A stretch of DNA of 64,000 nt from Candidatus Latescibacterota bacterium (GCA_965208105.1 OZ242318.1:2688001-2752000), one strand, 5' to 3'; positions 52,891 through 62,705 are shown, numbered from the stretch's first letter. A program made the numbers and translations. The notes: a model not told the origin generated them from the sequence alone.

Positions 52891-53415
52891 CTACTTAGAT
52901 TCGGCGTCTTCAATGAGACGAAAGCCCATCTTAAGGTTCATGGATTGGGACGCACAATTCTTCGAACTAAAGCCAGTACGTATAAACCTATAACCCTGTG
53001 AGAGCGCGTAGCTTATACCCTTCCACTTCAACGTAGTGGCGATACCTTGCCGCCTATTTTGGGGTCGTACCCCGGTCATGCACTGACAGATTTCGCATGA
53101 AATCCCCTGTGATTTGATCATGTAGCTGTATCCAACATAGTTACTCTCACTTTTTGCTATGAAAATGGTGTTCCAATCATCAAATCGTTCCAGGTATTCT
53201 TCTAAGGTCCAATCAGGTTTCACATGGACGACCAGAGCAAGATCGTAGAGACAGAGAAGATGATCAGGATTCCTGCTAGCCTCCTCGGCCAAAGAGGTAA
53301 ATGAAATACCTTGGGCAAGAACTCGTTGGATAGCCGATTCGCCTTGTGACAGATCGACCGTACCCAGGTCAAGCACAGCCTCGAGTTTTGTGGGCTCAGA
53401 GTTGGTAGTGGTCAT
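52891..53415 (-). CDS. cassette: GNAT acetyltransferase
   Basis: TGVRPQNRRQGIATTLK motif A; N...SMNLKMGF. Confidence 0.85.
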   Translation of the reverse strand: MTTTNSEPTKLEAVLDLGTVDLSQGESAIQRVLAQGISFTSLAEEASRNPDHLLCLYDLALVVHVKPDWTLEEYLERFDDWNTIFIAKSESNYVGYSYMIKSQGISCEICQCMTGVRPQNRRQGIATTLKWKGISYALSQGYRFIRTGFSSKNCASQSMNLKMGFRLIEDAESK

Positions 53416-53445
53416 ATGCTATGGTCCTCTATCCATATCCATTGC

Positions 53446-53513
53446 CGATAACGTTTTCCGTGGCCTCGAACCGCGAAGCGGTTGCGCGAAGGCCGGGCAC
53501 GGACGTGTTATGT
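53446..53513 (-). repeat. attC-like site 4 (short)
   Basis: + strand CGATAAC...CCGCGAAGCGG...GGGCACGGACGTGTTATGT; the TAA stop of the upstream ORF lies within the core. Confidence 0.85.
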
Positions 53514-54089
53514 GACGTGGGACAACACTTTTCGCGATTTCAATGCTGCAAGTACTTGGGCCATGAGCTCCTCCAAGCTACACCACCCATCCAAAATGAG
53601 ATCGCTGTTGGCCTTGTCTCGGTAGGTATCCAAGTACGGATACCGAGCTCGCTCCAAATAGTTCGACATGTCGTCACGCAGTTTCCTCAGTTTCTCGTTG
53701 GCGGATTGGCTGCTGCTGGAACCGTAGTCCCGCAAGATGCGCCGAGCCATAGCGACGTCAAGAGGCGTGTCGACAAATACCGCTAAATCAATGAGATCAC
53801 GGAAACGAGTGTGACCGCGGCCGAATGGAAAATCCAGAACAATCTGTTTCGCAATTCCTCTTTGCACCTCAGCGACAACTGCTGCGTGCATGCCAGGACA
53901 GTCGAACTCTTCGACGTCACCACCACGTCGGCCCCACTCGTAAAAATCGTCTGGATACACGTTGGATTCGTCGAACTCATCAAACTGAAAGAGAACCGAG
54001 TCCGGCAATTCATCGTGGAGGGCAATCGACAGAGCCGTTTTGCCACCACCAGAGACAGAGTTAACCGAGATAATAAATGGCTTCGTCAT
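53508..54089 (-). CDS. cassette: P-loop nucleoside/uridine-kinase-like protein
   Basis: SVSGGGKT Walker A; FVDTPLDVAMARRILRD. Confidence 0.8.
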   Translation of the reverse strand: MTKPFIISVNSVSGGGKTALSIALHDELPDSVLFQFDEFDESNVYPDDFYEWGRRGGDVEEFDCPGMHAAVVAEVQRGIAKQIVLDFPFGRGHTRFRDLIDLAVFVDTPLDVAMARRILRDYGSSSSQSANEKLRKLRDDMSNYLERARYPYLDTYRDKANSDLILDGWCSLEELMAQVLAALKSRKVLSHVT

Positions 54090-54125
54090 CGGCGGTCTAG
54101 ACAGGAAGTATTCTCAACTCATGTC

Positions 54126-54210
54126 ACATAATTTTTTCGCCGTGCCCGAACCGCGAATGCGGCTGCGCGAAGGCGCGTCAGCGCCGAAGCCGGGCATGGA
54201 CGTGTTAACT
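54126..54210 (-). repeat. attC-like site 5 (core AAC changed to AAT)
   Basis: Body matches sites 7, 10 and 13 but begins ACATAAT TTTTTC; SDR stop codon lies in the other core. Confidence 0.8.
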
Positions 54211-55131
54211 GCCGTTGCTAAGGTCCATCGACATAGCTCGGCGGATTGCAGTGGATCGAGCTGTATGACTACCACGTCCCAATTCCGTTTGGTGGAATGG
54301 TTTGGGACGAGATCCATCTATGTCTACAAAACCGTATTCCTTGGCTAATTCACCAACAATCAAGATCTGTCCGGTTTTGTTCAGGATCTCGGGATCAGCT
54401 GCCAATGCACGTATCGCTCGCCCCGTGTACTGTGGCGACTCTGTAAACAGCAACTTTTCTTTAAAGATGTACTTCATCACACCCTCGGTTCGCACATAGC
54501 CAGGCCAAAGCGAAACGCATGCTACACCATACTCCTTAAACGTAACTGCCATCTCAATCGCCAATTTATCTGTTGCCAACTTTGAAGCGAGATAGTAGAC
54601 GTCGCCCGGGCCTTCTTGTGAACTATAATTGGAAATATTGACGATCAATCCACTACCTGTATGTATCATGAGCGGTGCGGCATAGGTACTGGCGACGTAA
54701 TGTGAGCGAAGTCCTACATCGTGCGTGGCATCCCATTGTTCGATAGGGTGCTCCCAGAATGGACCTGAGTAGTACACGTCTCTGTGGGCATTCTCATACC
54801 CCGACCAAACGTTGTTCACGAGGATGTCTATATGACCTTGCTCGTCCTCAATCCGTTTGAATACGGCCTTCACCTGATCGTCTTTTCGGTGGTCGCACCG
54901 GCAGGGAATCCCCTTTCCTCCCAAACGCGATACTTCACGGGCCGTGGCGGTCAGAGACCCTTCCACAGGAACGGTCTGGTCGCCTGATTTCATGGTGCGA
55001 CCGGTGATATAGACGGTGGCTCCGGCTTCCCCCAAGGCCAAGGCCACTCCTTTGCCAACGCCTCGACTGGCCCCGGTCACTACGGCGATCTTGCCTGCTA
55101 GTGGCAGGCCGCCTGTCTGACTTTTCGGCAC
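54205..55131 (-). CDS. cassette: short-chain dehydrogenase (DHRS1-like)
   Basis: VTGASRGVGKG, ILVNNVW, YLASK and SLWPGYVRTE motifs. Confidence 0.9.
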   Translation of the reverse strand: MPKSQTGGLPLAGKIAVVTGASRGVGKGVALALGEAGATVYITGRTMKSGDQTVPVEGSLTATAREVSRLGGKGIPCRCDHRKDDQVKAVFKRIEDEQGHIDILVNNVWSGYENAHRDVYYSGPFWEHPIEQWDATHDVGLRSHYVASTYAAPLMIHTGSGLIVNISNYSSQEGPGDVYYLASKLATDKLAIEMAVTFKEYGVACVSLWPGYVRTEGVMKYIFKEKLLFTESPQYTGRAIRALAADPEILNKTGQILIVGELAKEYGFVDIDGSRPKPFHQTELGRGSHTARSTAIRRAMSMDLSNGS

Positions 55132-55207
55132 GGCTTTGCCTCCTGCTTATCAGCGTAGTGAAGTGAGAGGAGGAAGCAATAAGATTGTTTTCTCCCCATG
55201 CAATGGC

Positions 55208-55348
55208 CGTTAACGTTGTGCCGGTTTGCGAACCTGGCGCGTCCCGAAGGGCTGGCGCGAGCTTTGCCCTGCAAAGCGAGTGACAGAAGCCAGGTTGCCG
55301 AAGGCCAAGACGGCGAAGGCCGCCGCAGCGCGAAACGTGCTGTCACCC
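55208..55348 (-). repeat. attC-like site 6 (long; core GTT changed to GTC)
   Basis: + strand CGTTAAC GTTGTGCCGGTTTGCG...multiple hairpins...CGAAACGTGCT GTCACCC. Confidence 0.75.
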
Positions 55349-55382
55349 GCTGTGCGGATAGGCTCTCCTACCAAGGTCCGGT

Positions 55383-55859
55383 TCATGGCCTTGAATGAGC
55401 AAGAGCTTGATTAGTAATTGTCTGCTGATTCCGAAGTATGAGATCCCGCTGCTCAGGCCAGAGAAAAGCTGGCAGATTCTGAATCGGGTGCCACCACATA
55501 CCAGTGTGCCATTCGCTATCCGTTGGAATGCCGTCGATCTGTTCAGTTAAAAAGAGGAAATAGTGAATGATCAACCATAAGTCTCGATTGTAGGAAAGCC
55601 GCTCAAGGACGTCTAGCCTGCCCAGGAGCCTAACCTCATCCAAGCCGGTTTCCTCATGAATCTCGCGGATCGCGGCGTCGACAACGTCCTCTCCTGACTC
55701 CACACCGCCTTTGGGTAGGACGAACTCCTCGATGGACTTCTCGCGTGCTAACGCAACAAGCACATCACCTTCGTCGATGCGGACGACAACCCCTCCGCTC
55801 GTCTGGCGCTCAGGGATTCCGGCGGGTCTTCGATACCAGGAATCGTCGATTACTGTCAT
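55383..55859 (-). CDS. cassette: NUDIX hydrolase
   Basis: LPKGGVESGEDVVDAAIREIHEETG Nudix box. Confidence 0.92.
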   Translation of the reverse strand: MTVIDDSWYRRPAGIPERQTSGGVVVRIDEGDVLVALAREKSIEEFVLPKGGVESGEDVVDAAIREIHEETGLDEVRLLGRLDVLERLSYNRDLWLIIHYFLFLTEQIDGIPTDSEWHTGMWWHPIQNLPAFLWPEQRDLILRNQQTITNQALAHSRP

Positions 55860-55913
55860 CTAGTGGCTCGTTCGGAATCTCAGGAATGTTTCGATTTCCA
55901 CAGAACGCATTGC

Positions 55914-55995
55914 GGGCAACGTTCTCGCCGTGCCCGAACCGCGAATGCGGTTGCGCGAAGGGCATAGCCCGAAGCCGGGCATGGACGTGTTATAG
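55914..55995 (-). repeat. attC-like site 7
   Basis: + strand GGGCAAC GTTCTCGCCGTGCCCG...CGGGCATGGACGT GTTATAG. Confidence 0.88.
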
Positions 55996-56039
55996 GAAAT
56001 GCCAGCTGATGCGCCGAAGTAATTCTCAGAGGATTAAGC

Positions 56040-56612
56040 CTAACCCCTAATCTGGATTTCCCAGTTCGATCTGTCCATAACATAGATCGCGCCCTCCCAC
56101 CACTTATCAGACCGGAGTAGGCACTTCTCCCTGATTTCGGCCAGCCTGAATCCAAGACGTTCAGGTGTTGCCCGACTTGCCTGGTTGACAGTCGCAGCGC
56201 AGACCGTCACTGTGCCCAAACGTAGCTCCGTAAATGCAATATCAAGTAGTGACTTGCAGCACTTGGTTATGATCCCCTTTCCTCTGTAGGATTTAAAGAG
56301 CCAGTAGCCAAGGTCCCCAGTATCTCCGACTTTGATTCCAGAAATCCGACATGTTCCAGCGACTTTCCCTCCTAGTTCGACCGCCCCTCCGAGCCGGGTG
56401 GAGGCCTTCAGGGCTTCGTTCACACGATCAATCTCCGCATGGAGGTCCGCAATGTTTTCCATCGTGTTGATCGAATGAATCCAAAATAAGTCATCTTTCT
56501 CATTTTCGATCAGGTTATATAACTTGGCAACATCAGTCTTGGAATAGGGCCTGATGCACAGCCCATCCTCGACCTGAATGGTTTGCGTGCAATCGTATGT
56601 AGTTGCGGCCAT
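56040..56612 (-). CDS. cassette: RimJ/RimL-type GNAT acetyltransferase
   Basis: LGYWLFKSYRGKGII and NQASRATPERLGF motifs. Confidence 0.88.
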   Translation of the reverse strand: MAATTYDCTQTIQVEDGLCIRPYSKTDVAKLYNLIENEKDDLFWIHSINTMENIADLHAEIDRVNEALKASTRLGGAVELGGKVAGTCRISGIKVGDTGDLGYWLFKSYRGKGIITKCCKSLLDIAFTELRLGTVTVCAATVNQASRATPERLGFRLAEIREKCLLRSDKWWEGAIYVMDRSNWEIQIRG

Positions 56613-56669
56613 GAGATCCCCTCAGTCAGGAGGTTTTAAAAGATCGCATATGTCCAAAATTTGGCTTTC

Positions 56670-56755
56670 CTATAACGTTTGGCCGGTTTGCGAACTTGCC
56701 GAAGGCAAGTTGGGCGAAGGGGCGAACGCCCCGAGCCGCAGACGGCCTGTTATGC
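56670..56755 (-). repeat. attC-like site 8
   Basis: + strand CTATAAC GTTT GGCCGGTTTGCG...CGCAGACGGCC T GTTATGC. Confidence 0.85.
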
Positions 56756-56812
56756 GGTCGTAGGGGTTCGAGGTCTCCAACCAGACGCGGGCGGCCACAT
56801 AGCATCAGTTCT

Positions 56813-57631
56813 TCACTTGTTCTTGCCCACTGTCAGGAGATGCAGGCTCACGCCCAGAAGTACTGACTCTTCTTCTATCAAGCGGAGGGCTTCCAGAATG
56901 ATCTCTTGCCGTTCTGGGTCTAACCAACGCTCGTCGAAATCCCCCAAGAGCCACGCTGGCCCTTCTAGCCCGACGGTTCTCAAATGATTAAATCCCGCTT
57001 CTTCGATTTCCTCTTGTAGTTCCTCTGGCCTGTGGAAGTATGCTGTCGTGAAATAATGGGGGTCTTCCTTCGGATTAAGGTGTTTTCCATCTCTCAAGTC
57101 TCTTTCCACAATTTCACGAAACTCTGGATCAGATAAAAAACCCCGTTTCAATCCGTCGAGAAGGGATGCGAACCGTGAAATGGCAGCACAACAAACCAAG
57201 CCACCCTTCTTTAGGACTCGGCGAGCTTCCTTGAGCGCCTGGATCCGATCCGATCGATCTGGAAGGTGATACAGCGGTCCAAGCAGGAGCACTACATCCA
57301 TCGATTCAGACTCGAAGTCAAGCTCTCTGGCGTCTCCCTGGCTGATGCTGGCAAGAAGTGGTCCGCCTTCCCGGGTCTTGGCCTGCTCCACGTGGAGGGG
57401 CACAATGTCAATCAGATGGACTTTGTACGATTCTTCTGCCAGCCAAAAGGAGTAAGCACCTGGCCCTCCTCCGACGTCCAGGATTTGAGCCGGTGGAGGC
57501 GGTAAATATCTCAGCAGAACTTCCTTCGTCCTTTCGAACTCCACACGGGAAGTTCCCTCGGCCAGGCGAGTCGCCTCGTCTTTGACAGTCTCGTAATGTC
57601 TGACCACCTTCGGATCCATCAGTTGCTCCAA
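56813..57631 (-). CDS. cassette: class I SAM-dependent methyltransferase
   Basis: ILDVGGGPG, GDAR, LLGPLYHL and RVLKKGG motifs. Confidence 0.92.
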   Translation of the reverse strand: MEQLMDPKVVRHYETVKDEATRLAEGTSRVEFERTKEVLLRYLPPPPAQILDVGGGPGAYSFWLAEESYKVHLIDIVPLHVEQAKTREGGPLLASISQGDARELDFESESMDVVLLLGPLYHLPDRSDRIQALKEARRVLKKGGLVCCAAISRFASLLDGLKRGFLSDPEFREIVERDLRDGKHLNPKEDPHYFTTAYFHRPEELQEEIEEAGFNHLRTVGLEGPAWLLGDFDERWLDPERQEIILEALRLIEEESVLLGVSLHLLTVGKNK

Positions 57632-57688
57632 TACTGGGCGTCTGCCCGCTACGACGATAAATTAAATGACCCTTCGAACCCCTATGCC

Positions 57689-57778
57689 GCCTAACGGTTT
57701 ACCGGTTGCCGAACCCGCGTAGCGTGTTGCCGAAGGCCAAGCGCCGAATGGCGCGCAGCGTGAATTGCTGTGTTATAC
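57689..57778 (-). repeat. attC-like site 9
   Basis: + strand GCCTAAC...TTGCCGAAGGCCAAG..GTGAATTGCTGT GTTATAC; right half shared with site 3. Confidence 0.8.
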
Positions 57779-58350
57779 GACGGCATCTTCACCAAGACCC
57801 TCGACAATGTCGGTCACAGCGAAATCTGGATGTGTCAATACAATCCACGATGGTAAACCCAATCGCTTCCATAGCGCGAAGGGATCCAAGTCTGAAATTC
57901 GGCTCACGAAAAGTGAAATCACGGTTCCATGGGCAACCGCCACCACGTTCCTTTGTGCGAATTTGCGTAGTACTTCCTCAATGGCCTGGGAAAATCTAGT
58001 GTGAGCAGCGTCCGCGGTCTCGTTGCCTAGAACCAGCTCAGTCGGCCGCGAGAAGAGATCGGCGATCGATCGAAGGTCGATTTCTCCAGAAAATCAACGC
58101 CCCGACGGTCGTGCTCATGTAACCCGTCGACCTCGTGAAGCGGCACTTCGAGAAAGGAGGCTATGATCTCCCCAGTTTGGGTGGCCTTTGGCTCGGGACT
58201 AGTGACAACTACATCTGGGTCGCATTGTGACAATCTTTTCGCAAGCGACTGAGCACGATCTCTCCCCTCGGGTGAAAGTTGCCACTCACGAGCAGGAACT
58301 GCAGATTCAATCTGAGGCAGCGAATGCTTTACCAGGGTAAGACGACTCAT
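57773..58350 (-). pseudogene. cassette: histidine phosphatase (phosphoglycerate mutase-like), frameshifted
   Basis: LVKHS..SPEPKA..GLHEH in one frame; IADLF..GNET..VAVAHGTVI..GLP in another, ending in TAA inside the att core; shift at the GATC repeat near 58064-58072. Confidence 0.82.
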
Positions 58351-58381
58351 ATGTTGAAGTTCGTCTTCTCAAAAGGCTGTC

Positions 58382-58464
58382 GTATAACGTTCTCGCCGTG
58401 CCCGAACCGCGAATGCGGTTGCGCGGAGGGCGAACGCCCGAAGCCGGGCACGGACGTGTTAGCG
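58382..58464 (-). repeat. attC-like site 10
   Basis: + strand GTATAAC GTTCTCGCCGTGCCCG...CGGGCACGGACGT GTTAGCG. Confidence 0.88.
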
Positions 58465-58526
58465 GATGGCTGCTCCGAAGTGGCCTGCCGGGATGGCAGG
58501 CCACAACACCGCTAATTCGGTGGTTC

Positions 58527-59402
58527 CTACCACCGCCTTCTGGTACGTGCCAATCCTCTCTTGGTAATACCAATACTCCCAGTCCATTCTTCTCTGTGCA
58601 GGGCGGCCAAGCTGTCTACTTCCAGTATGAGTTCCTCCAGCGCCTTGAGACCTTGATCCGGTGCATCCAGAAGGATTCGCTTTAGCCGATGAGCGAAATC
58701 AGGAGGTTTCAGATCCATCTCATCGACGATTTCGTCCAGCCTCTTGATGGGTTCCGGGACCGGCAAGTAAATCCGGTTGAGGCCCAACATCGCGCGGACC
58801 AAGCGCTTCTCAGCATCTACAATCGCGTCGTAGAGTCCGAGGATATCACCTCTTGCAAGCAGCATATCCACGTTGCTGAATAGCCGCCCAAAGTCCAAGT
58901 TTCGTTCCAGCATGACCAGAGTGAGTCCATCAGGGTATGCGTCTGCCCGTGACTTCCAATCGAAAGCCAAGCTTTGCCCTGCAACTGGGACAGAATGTTG
59001 GACGGAATACAACCTCAGCTGTGCGTCCTCGTCTGGGTCGCAACGGTTGATCACCCGATCCAGAAAGTCCTCCATTGTTGAGACCAGGAACGTGCTTGTA
59101 TGTGCGGGAAACCCCGAGAACTCCATCTGCTCTTCCCACTCAATATCGTCCTCATCCAGGCACTTGAGCTCCGCGCCACAGCTCCGGACAGAACTCACTC
59201 GCTCTTCCTCGGTAGGTGCCGCAGAGTAGTACACGTCAATCTCAATATCTGAAAACTCGTCTGCGGTACCTCTACCAACGGAACCAGCAACCATCACAAC
59301 TTCTGTCTTGGGGTTGTTCGAGTAGGCGTAGGCAATCTTCTTAGCAAGATCAAAGCGCCACTTCGTGGCAGGGTTCATGGTCGACAATATCTCGTGTGCC
59401 AT
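58527..59402 (-). CDS. cassette: nucleotidyltransferase-domain protein
   Basis: AGSVGRGTADEFSDIEI pol-beta motif plus helical C-terminal domain. Confidence 0.82.
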   Translation of the reverse strand: MAHEILSTMNPATKWRFDLAKKIAYAYSNNPKTEVVMVAGSVGRGTADEFSDIEIDVYYSAAPTEEERVSSVRSCGAELKCLDEDDIEWEEQMEFSGFPAHTSTFLVSTMEDFLDRVINRCDPDEDAQLRLYSVQHSVPVAGQSLAFDWKSRADAYPDGLTLVMLERNLDFGRLFSNVDMLLARGDILGLYDAIVDAEKRLVRAMLGLNRIYLPVPEPIKRLDEIVDEMDLKPPDFAHRLKRILLDAPDQGLKALEELILEVDSLAALHREEWTGSIGITKRGLARTRRRW

Positions 59403-59446
59403 GGGCGACCAGGACGGTCGCCCGTACTCTTAGCGAGCAGCATTTC

Positions 59447-59537
59447 CGCTAACGTTTCGCCGGTTTGCGAACCCGCACAGCGGGTTGCCGAAGGCCAAGG
59501 CGCGACCAGCGCCGCAGCGCAAAACGTGCTGTTAAAC
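59447..59537 (-). repeat. attC-like site 11
   Basis: + strand CGCTAAC GTTTCGCCGGTTTGCG...CGCAAAACGTGCT GTTAAAC. Confidence 0.85.
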
Positions 59538-59547
59538 GACGTGCTAC

Positions 59548-60246
59548 TCACTCCCCGCAAGAAATCCCATGTTCGCCGAGGATCAAAGAGGAAACGACAC
59601 CATTGGTGCTCTTGCTTCGTTTTCGGAGCAACTTGACGTGATCCCGGTGTGGATCTTCACACTGTCCTCTATCCCATTCCACTTGGAACCTGTACCGACC
59701 TGTTTCTTTGACGAGGAAGGCTTCATGAGGTCTATGCCAAGGAAAAGGAGCTGTGGTAAGACTCTCCCTTGTGAAATTGGGTTGCGCAGCAAGCTCGACT
59801 ACGGTCCAATCTTTCACGTCTGGTGCCAGGACCAGTCTTGCTGCAGATCGCAGTGACTTAAAAGTGAAGCCATCCGCATCTCGTCGTATGCCGCTGTGTC
59901 CAGACAGGCGACCTCGATCGGCAAGGTGATACCAACGGGCGATTTTGGGTCTGCGCGGATTTCGCAGATCGTAAATAGTGATTTGGTCCATCATAAAGAC
60001 TATCAAGTAATGTCCGTAATGAGCATAGCCGTCTACGTTGAAGCCGATCTCCGTTTTTACGCTGCCAGCGACATGCAGGTCCGTAGAGTCATTGAGGATC
60101 ACGACGTTGAACTGTCTTCTAACAGGTTCGGGACCGGCGAAGGTGTCGAAAATGAAAAGATCGTCGAATGCGTAGATATCCAGATCATGATCTGCATGGA
60201 TGATACTGGGCAGGACTAGATAACCGACAAAAACCCAGCGTTTCAT
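59548..60246 (-). CDS. cassette: hypothetical exported protein
   Basis: Single ORF filling the cassette; MKRWVFVGYLVLPSIIHA signal-like start. Confidence 0.65.
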   Translation of the reverse strand: MKRWVFVGYLVLPSIIHADHDLDIYAFDDLFIFDTFAGPEPVRRQFNVVILNDSTDLHVAGSVKTEIGFNVDGYAHYGHYLIVFMMDQITIYDLRNPRRPKIARWYHLADRGRLSGHSGIRRDADGFTFKSLRSAARLVLAPDVKDWTVVELAAQPNFTRESLTTAPFPWHRPHEAFLVKETGRYRFQVEWDRGQCEDPHRDHVKLLRKRSKSTNGVVSSLILGEHGISCGE

Positions 60247-60278
60247 TCACAGTCCCTTATAGTCATGTCTTGCATGTC

Positions 60279-60368
60279 GTTTAACGTTTCACGGTTTGTG
60301 AACCCGCGAAGCGGGTTGCCGAAGGCCAAGGCGCGATTGCGCCGCAGCGCAACACCGTGCTGTTGTGC
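60279..60368 (-). repeat. attC-like site 12
   Basis: + strand GTTTAAC GTTTCACGGTTTG...CAACACCGTGCT GTTGTGC. Confidence 0.85.
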
Positions 60369-61058
60369 GACGTGAAACCATCTCTCACGCAACTGCGTTT
60401 TTCGCTATCCGAAAGATCTGACTGGAATTTTCGATGAAGAACTCGCTGAAATCGACGACGGCACGTGAACGTTCGAAACCCTCGTCGTGGAGGTAGAAAC
60501 GCACCACCTGCTGGGGCCAAAGCGCGACGACCGTCCAGGGCAGAAGCTCGCATTCTTGCGAGCATAGCCGACCACCTCCTGTTGCGTAGCATCGCAACAA
60601 ATTTTCCAAGTACTGCAGTTCAGGGACTCTTGTTGCGGACCACCGAAAATCTTCATAGTGGTCAATTGGGACTGGCCAACCGCACGCGACTCCAAGAAAA
60701 TGTGCAAGATCAAGAGTTCGCGGCGCCAATCGGGCATGGTCCCAGTCAACAATGCTTGCGACGATGTCGCCAGCAAAGCGGCAATTGAAATGGCAGTAAT
60801 CGCCGTGAATAGGCTCAGAAGATAGACCCTCCCACCGTAGCCGACTCATCTCTCGCCAAGCGATTTTCAGATGTTCTTCGAGCATGTTGATTGTTTCTAG
60901 AAGATCGGACCCGATTTGCCCTTGAGCTTCCTCTAGCCGGGTGGCGGACAACTCAAATGGATCATTCTTCCATCGTTTTCCGCCAATTTGCAAGGTTTTC
61001 GTAATTCGGTGAAGTGCACCCAGGCTCTTCGCGCAGCTGCTCACTTGTGCTGCCGCTA

Positions 61059-62214
61059 GTGCTCTGTTAAGGATTCAGGCTTGTACTTTTTCGTACATGT
61101 TGGTATCATGGGGACATATGTCCATTTTTCTGGGAGGGTCCTGCCATGTGCCTCCATGCTCGAACACCGGATGCTGCCGAATCGAAAGAACTGGGCCGAT
61201 GGCTGAAGCGGCCACGCAATGCCGTACAGATGCGACGAGGGCAATTGATCTCCCTCAGTGCCCAGGGTATGCGGGTCCAGGAGCTGTCGGCGACGCTGCA
61301 TCTGCACGAGGAATACATCCGCTCCCTGGTCCGACGATACAACGAGGAAGGGCTGGCGTCGCTTCGCACGCGAGCCCACCCGGGGCGCACCCCAGCGCTG
61401 ACGCCCGAAGACGAGTCCGTGGTGGTGGAGATCGCCAAGATGCCCCCTCGGGCTTTCGGCCAACCCTTCAACCAGTGGTCGCTGCGCAAGCTGACCGACT
61501 GTCTGGTCGGGCGCAAGATGATCCCCAAGGTCTCGCACGTGACCATCGCCAAGGTCTTGGACCGGCATAAGGTCACCTACCAACGTACCCGCACCTGGAA
61601 GGAGTCGAAGGATCCGGATTTCTCCTCGAAAAAAAACGCATCGACCGCCTCTACCGGCGTGCGCCGAAGGACTCGGTCGTAGTCTGCTTCGACGAAATGG
61701 GGCCCGTGCAGATCAAGCCCCATGCCGGCTCCTCCTGGGCGCCGCAGAAGCACCCGGTGCGGCACCGAGCCACCTACACCCGGCACGCCGGGGTCAGCTA
61801 TTTCTTCGGCGCCTACAACGTCCACGAGGACGTCCTGTGGATGCATCACAAGCGAAAGAAGCACGCCTCGGAGGTGCTCACTTTCCTCAAGGCCATCCGG
61901 CACCGCTACCGCAAGGCCCAACGCATCTACCTCGTTCTGGACAATTTGTCGACGCACGCGACCCCAAAGATTCGGCAATGGTGTCGGCAGCATCGAGTCT
62001 CCCTCGTCTTCACCGCTACCAACGCCTCCTGGATGAACCGTCTCGAATGCCATCTGACCGCCGCCCACTACTTCGTCATCAAGAACAGCGACCCAAGGGA
62101 CCATCGAGACATCGGCCAGCGCATGCAGGAATACCTCGTATGGAGAAATCGAAACCAGGACGATGCCAAGCTCGCCAAAATACAAAATTCAATGCCCACT
62201 CTTTAACAGCGCAC
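61059..62214 (+). mobile_element. IS630-family insertion sequence
   Basis: IRs GTGCTCTGTTAAGGA and TCTTTAACAGCGCAC; TA duplication (61057-61058, 62215-62216) in a CTAG target. Confidence 0.92.
61146..62206 (+). CDS. IS630 transposase (orfA/orfB joined by -1 frameshift)
   Basis: HTH orfA with WSLRKL; A8 run at 61629-61636; -1 frame gives VCFDEMGP, VLDNLSTH and SWMNRLE (DDE). Confidence 0.88.
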
Positions 62215-62622
62215 TAGCTGAGGCGAATATCCGCGTCCGACATAGTCGAACAGCGTGAAATGGCGATCGGCGTGCCGACAAACGCGCTGACCATCTGTTG
62301 TCTGGTGAATCTTCGGAGTTGGCGAAAATTCCCCACGACAAGATTCCTGAAGGTCCAGACAGAAATTGCGCTCTTCCGCGGATTCGACGAACTGAGGCCA
62401 TTCCTTGAGGAAGAACCTACCTTGCGCCGTTGAGAACTCTACGACGAGACGGTTGCCCCATACAACTAGCTGAGTCACCCTCTTATTTGTGTCGCCCAGC
62501 CCGTACTCGCTTAGAACACGACTGAGAACGTCAAGGTCACTATAGGAAAGGTCGTAGTTGAATTTCTGCGGCAAATTGTAGGAGTCCCCTTGGACTTGAA
62601 GCTTGTCCTAAGATTTCATGTC

Positions 62623-62705
62623 GCACAACGTTCTCGCCGTGCCCGAACCGCGAACGCGGTTGCGCGAAGGGCGCATGCCCGAAGCCGGGCACGGACGTGT
62701 TATGC
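62623..62705 (-). repeat. attC-like site 13
   Basis: + strand GCACAAC GTTCTCGCCGTGCCCG...CGGGCACGGACGT GTTATGC. Confidence 0.88.

Larger units (their letters stand above)
60385..62574 (-). pseudogene. cassette: aminoglycoside/homoserine-kinase-type phosphotransferase interrupted by IS630
   Basis: N-terminal part has FFLKE; C-terminal part has IHGDY..N and IVDWD; removing the IS and one TA restores the frame (GYSPQLAAAQVSSCAKSLGALH). Confidence 0.85.

Noticed and set aside
54040-60592. Short + strand ORFs sharing peptides such as PEPRMRLR, PCPNRECGCA and LPKAK
   Set aside because: These are translations of the att repeats themselves, not a protein family.
52891-62574. Calling the GNAT, nucleotidyltransferase and phosphotransferase cassettes antibiotic-resistance genes
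   Set aside because: Only fold-level motifs are visible; none is recognisable as a specific resistance gene.
50400-62705. CRISPR array interpretation of the recurring repeats
   Set aside because: The repeats are 68-141 bp, variable, and separated by whole genes rather than 30-40 bp spacers; no cas genes are present.
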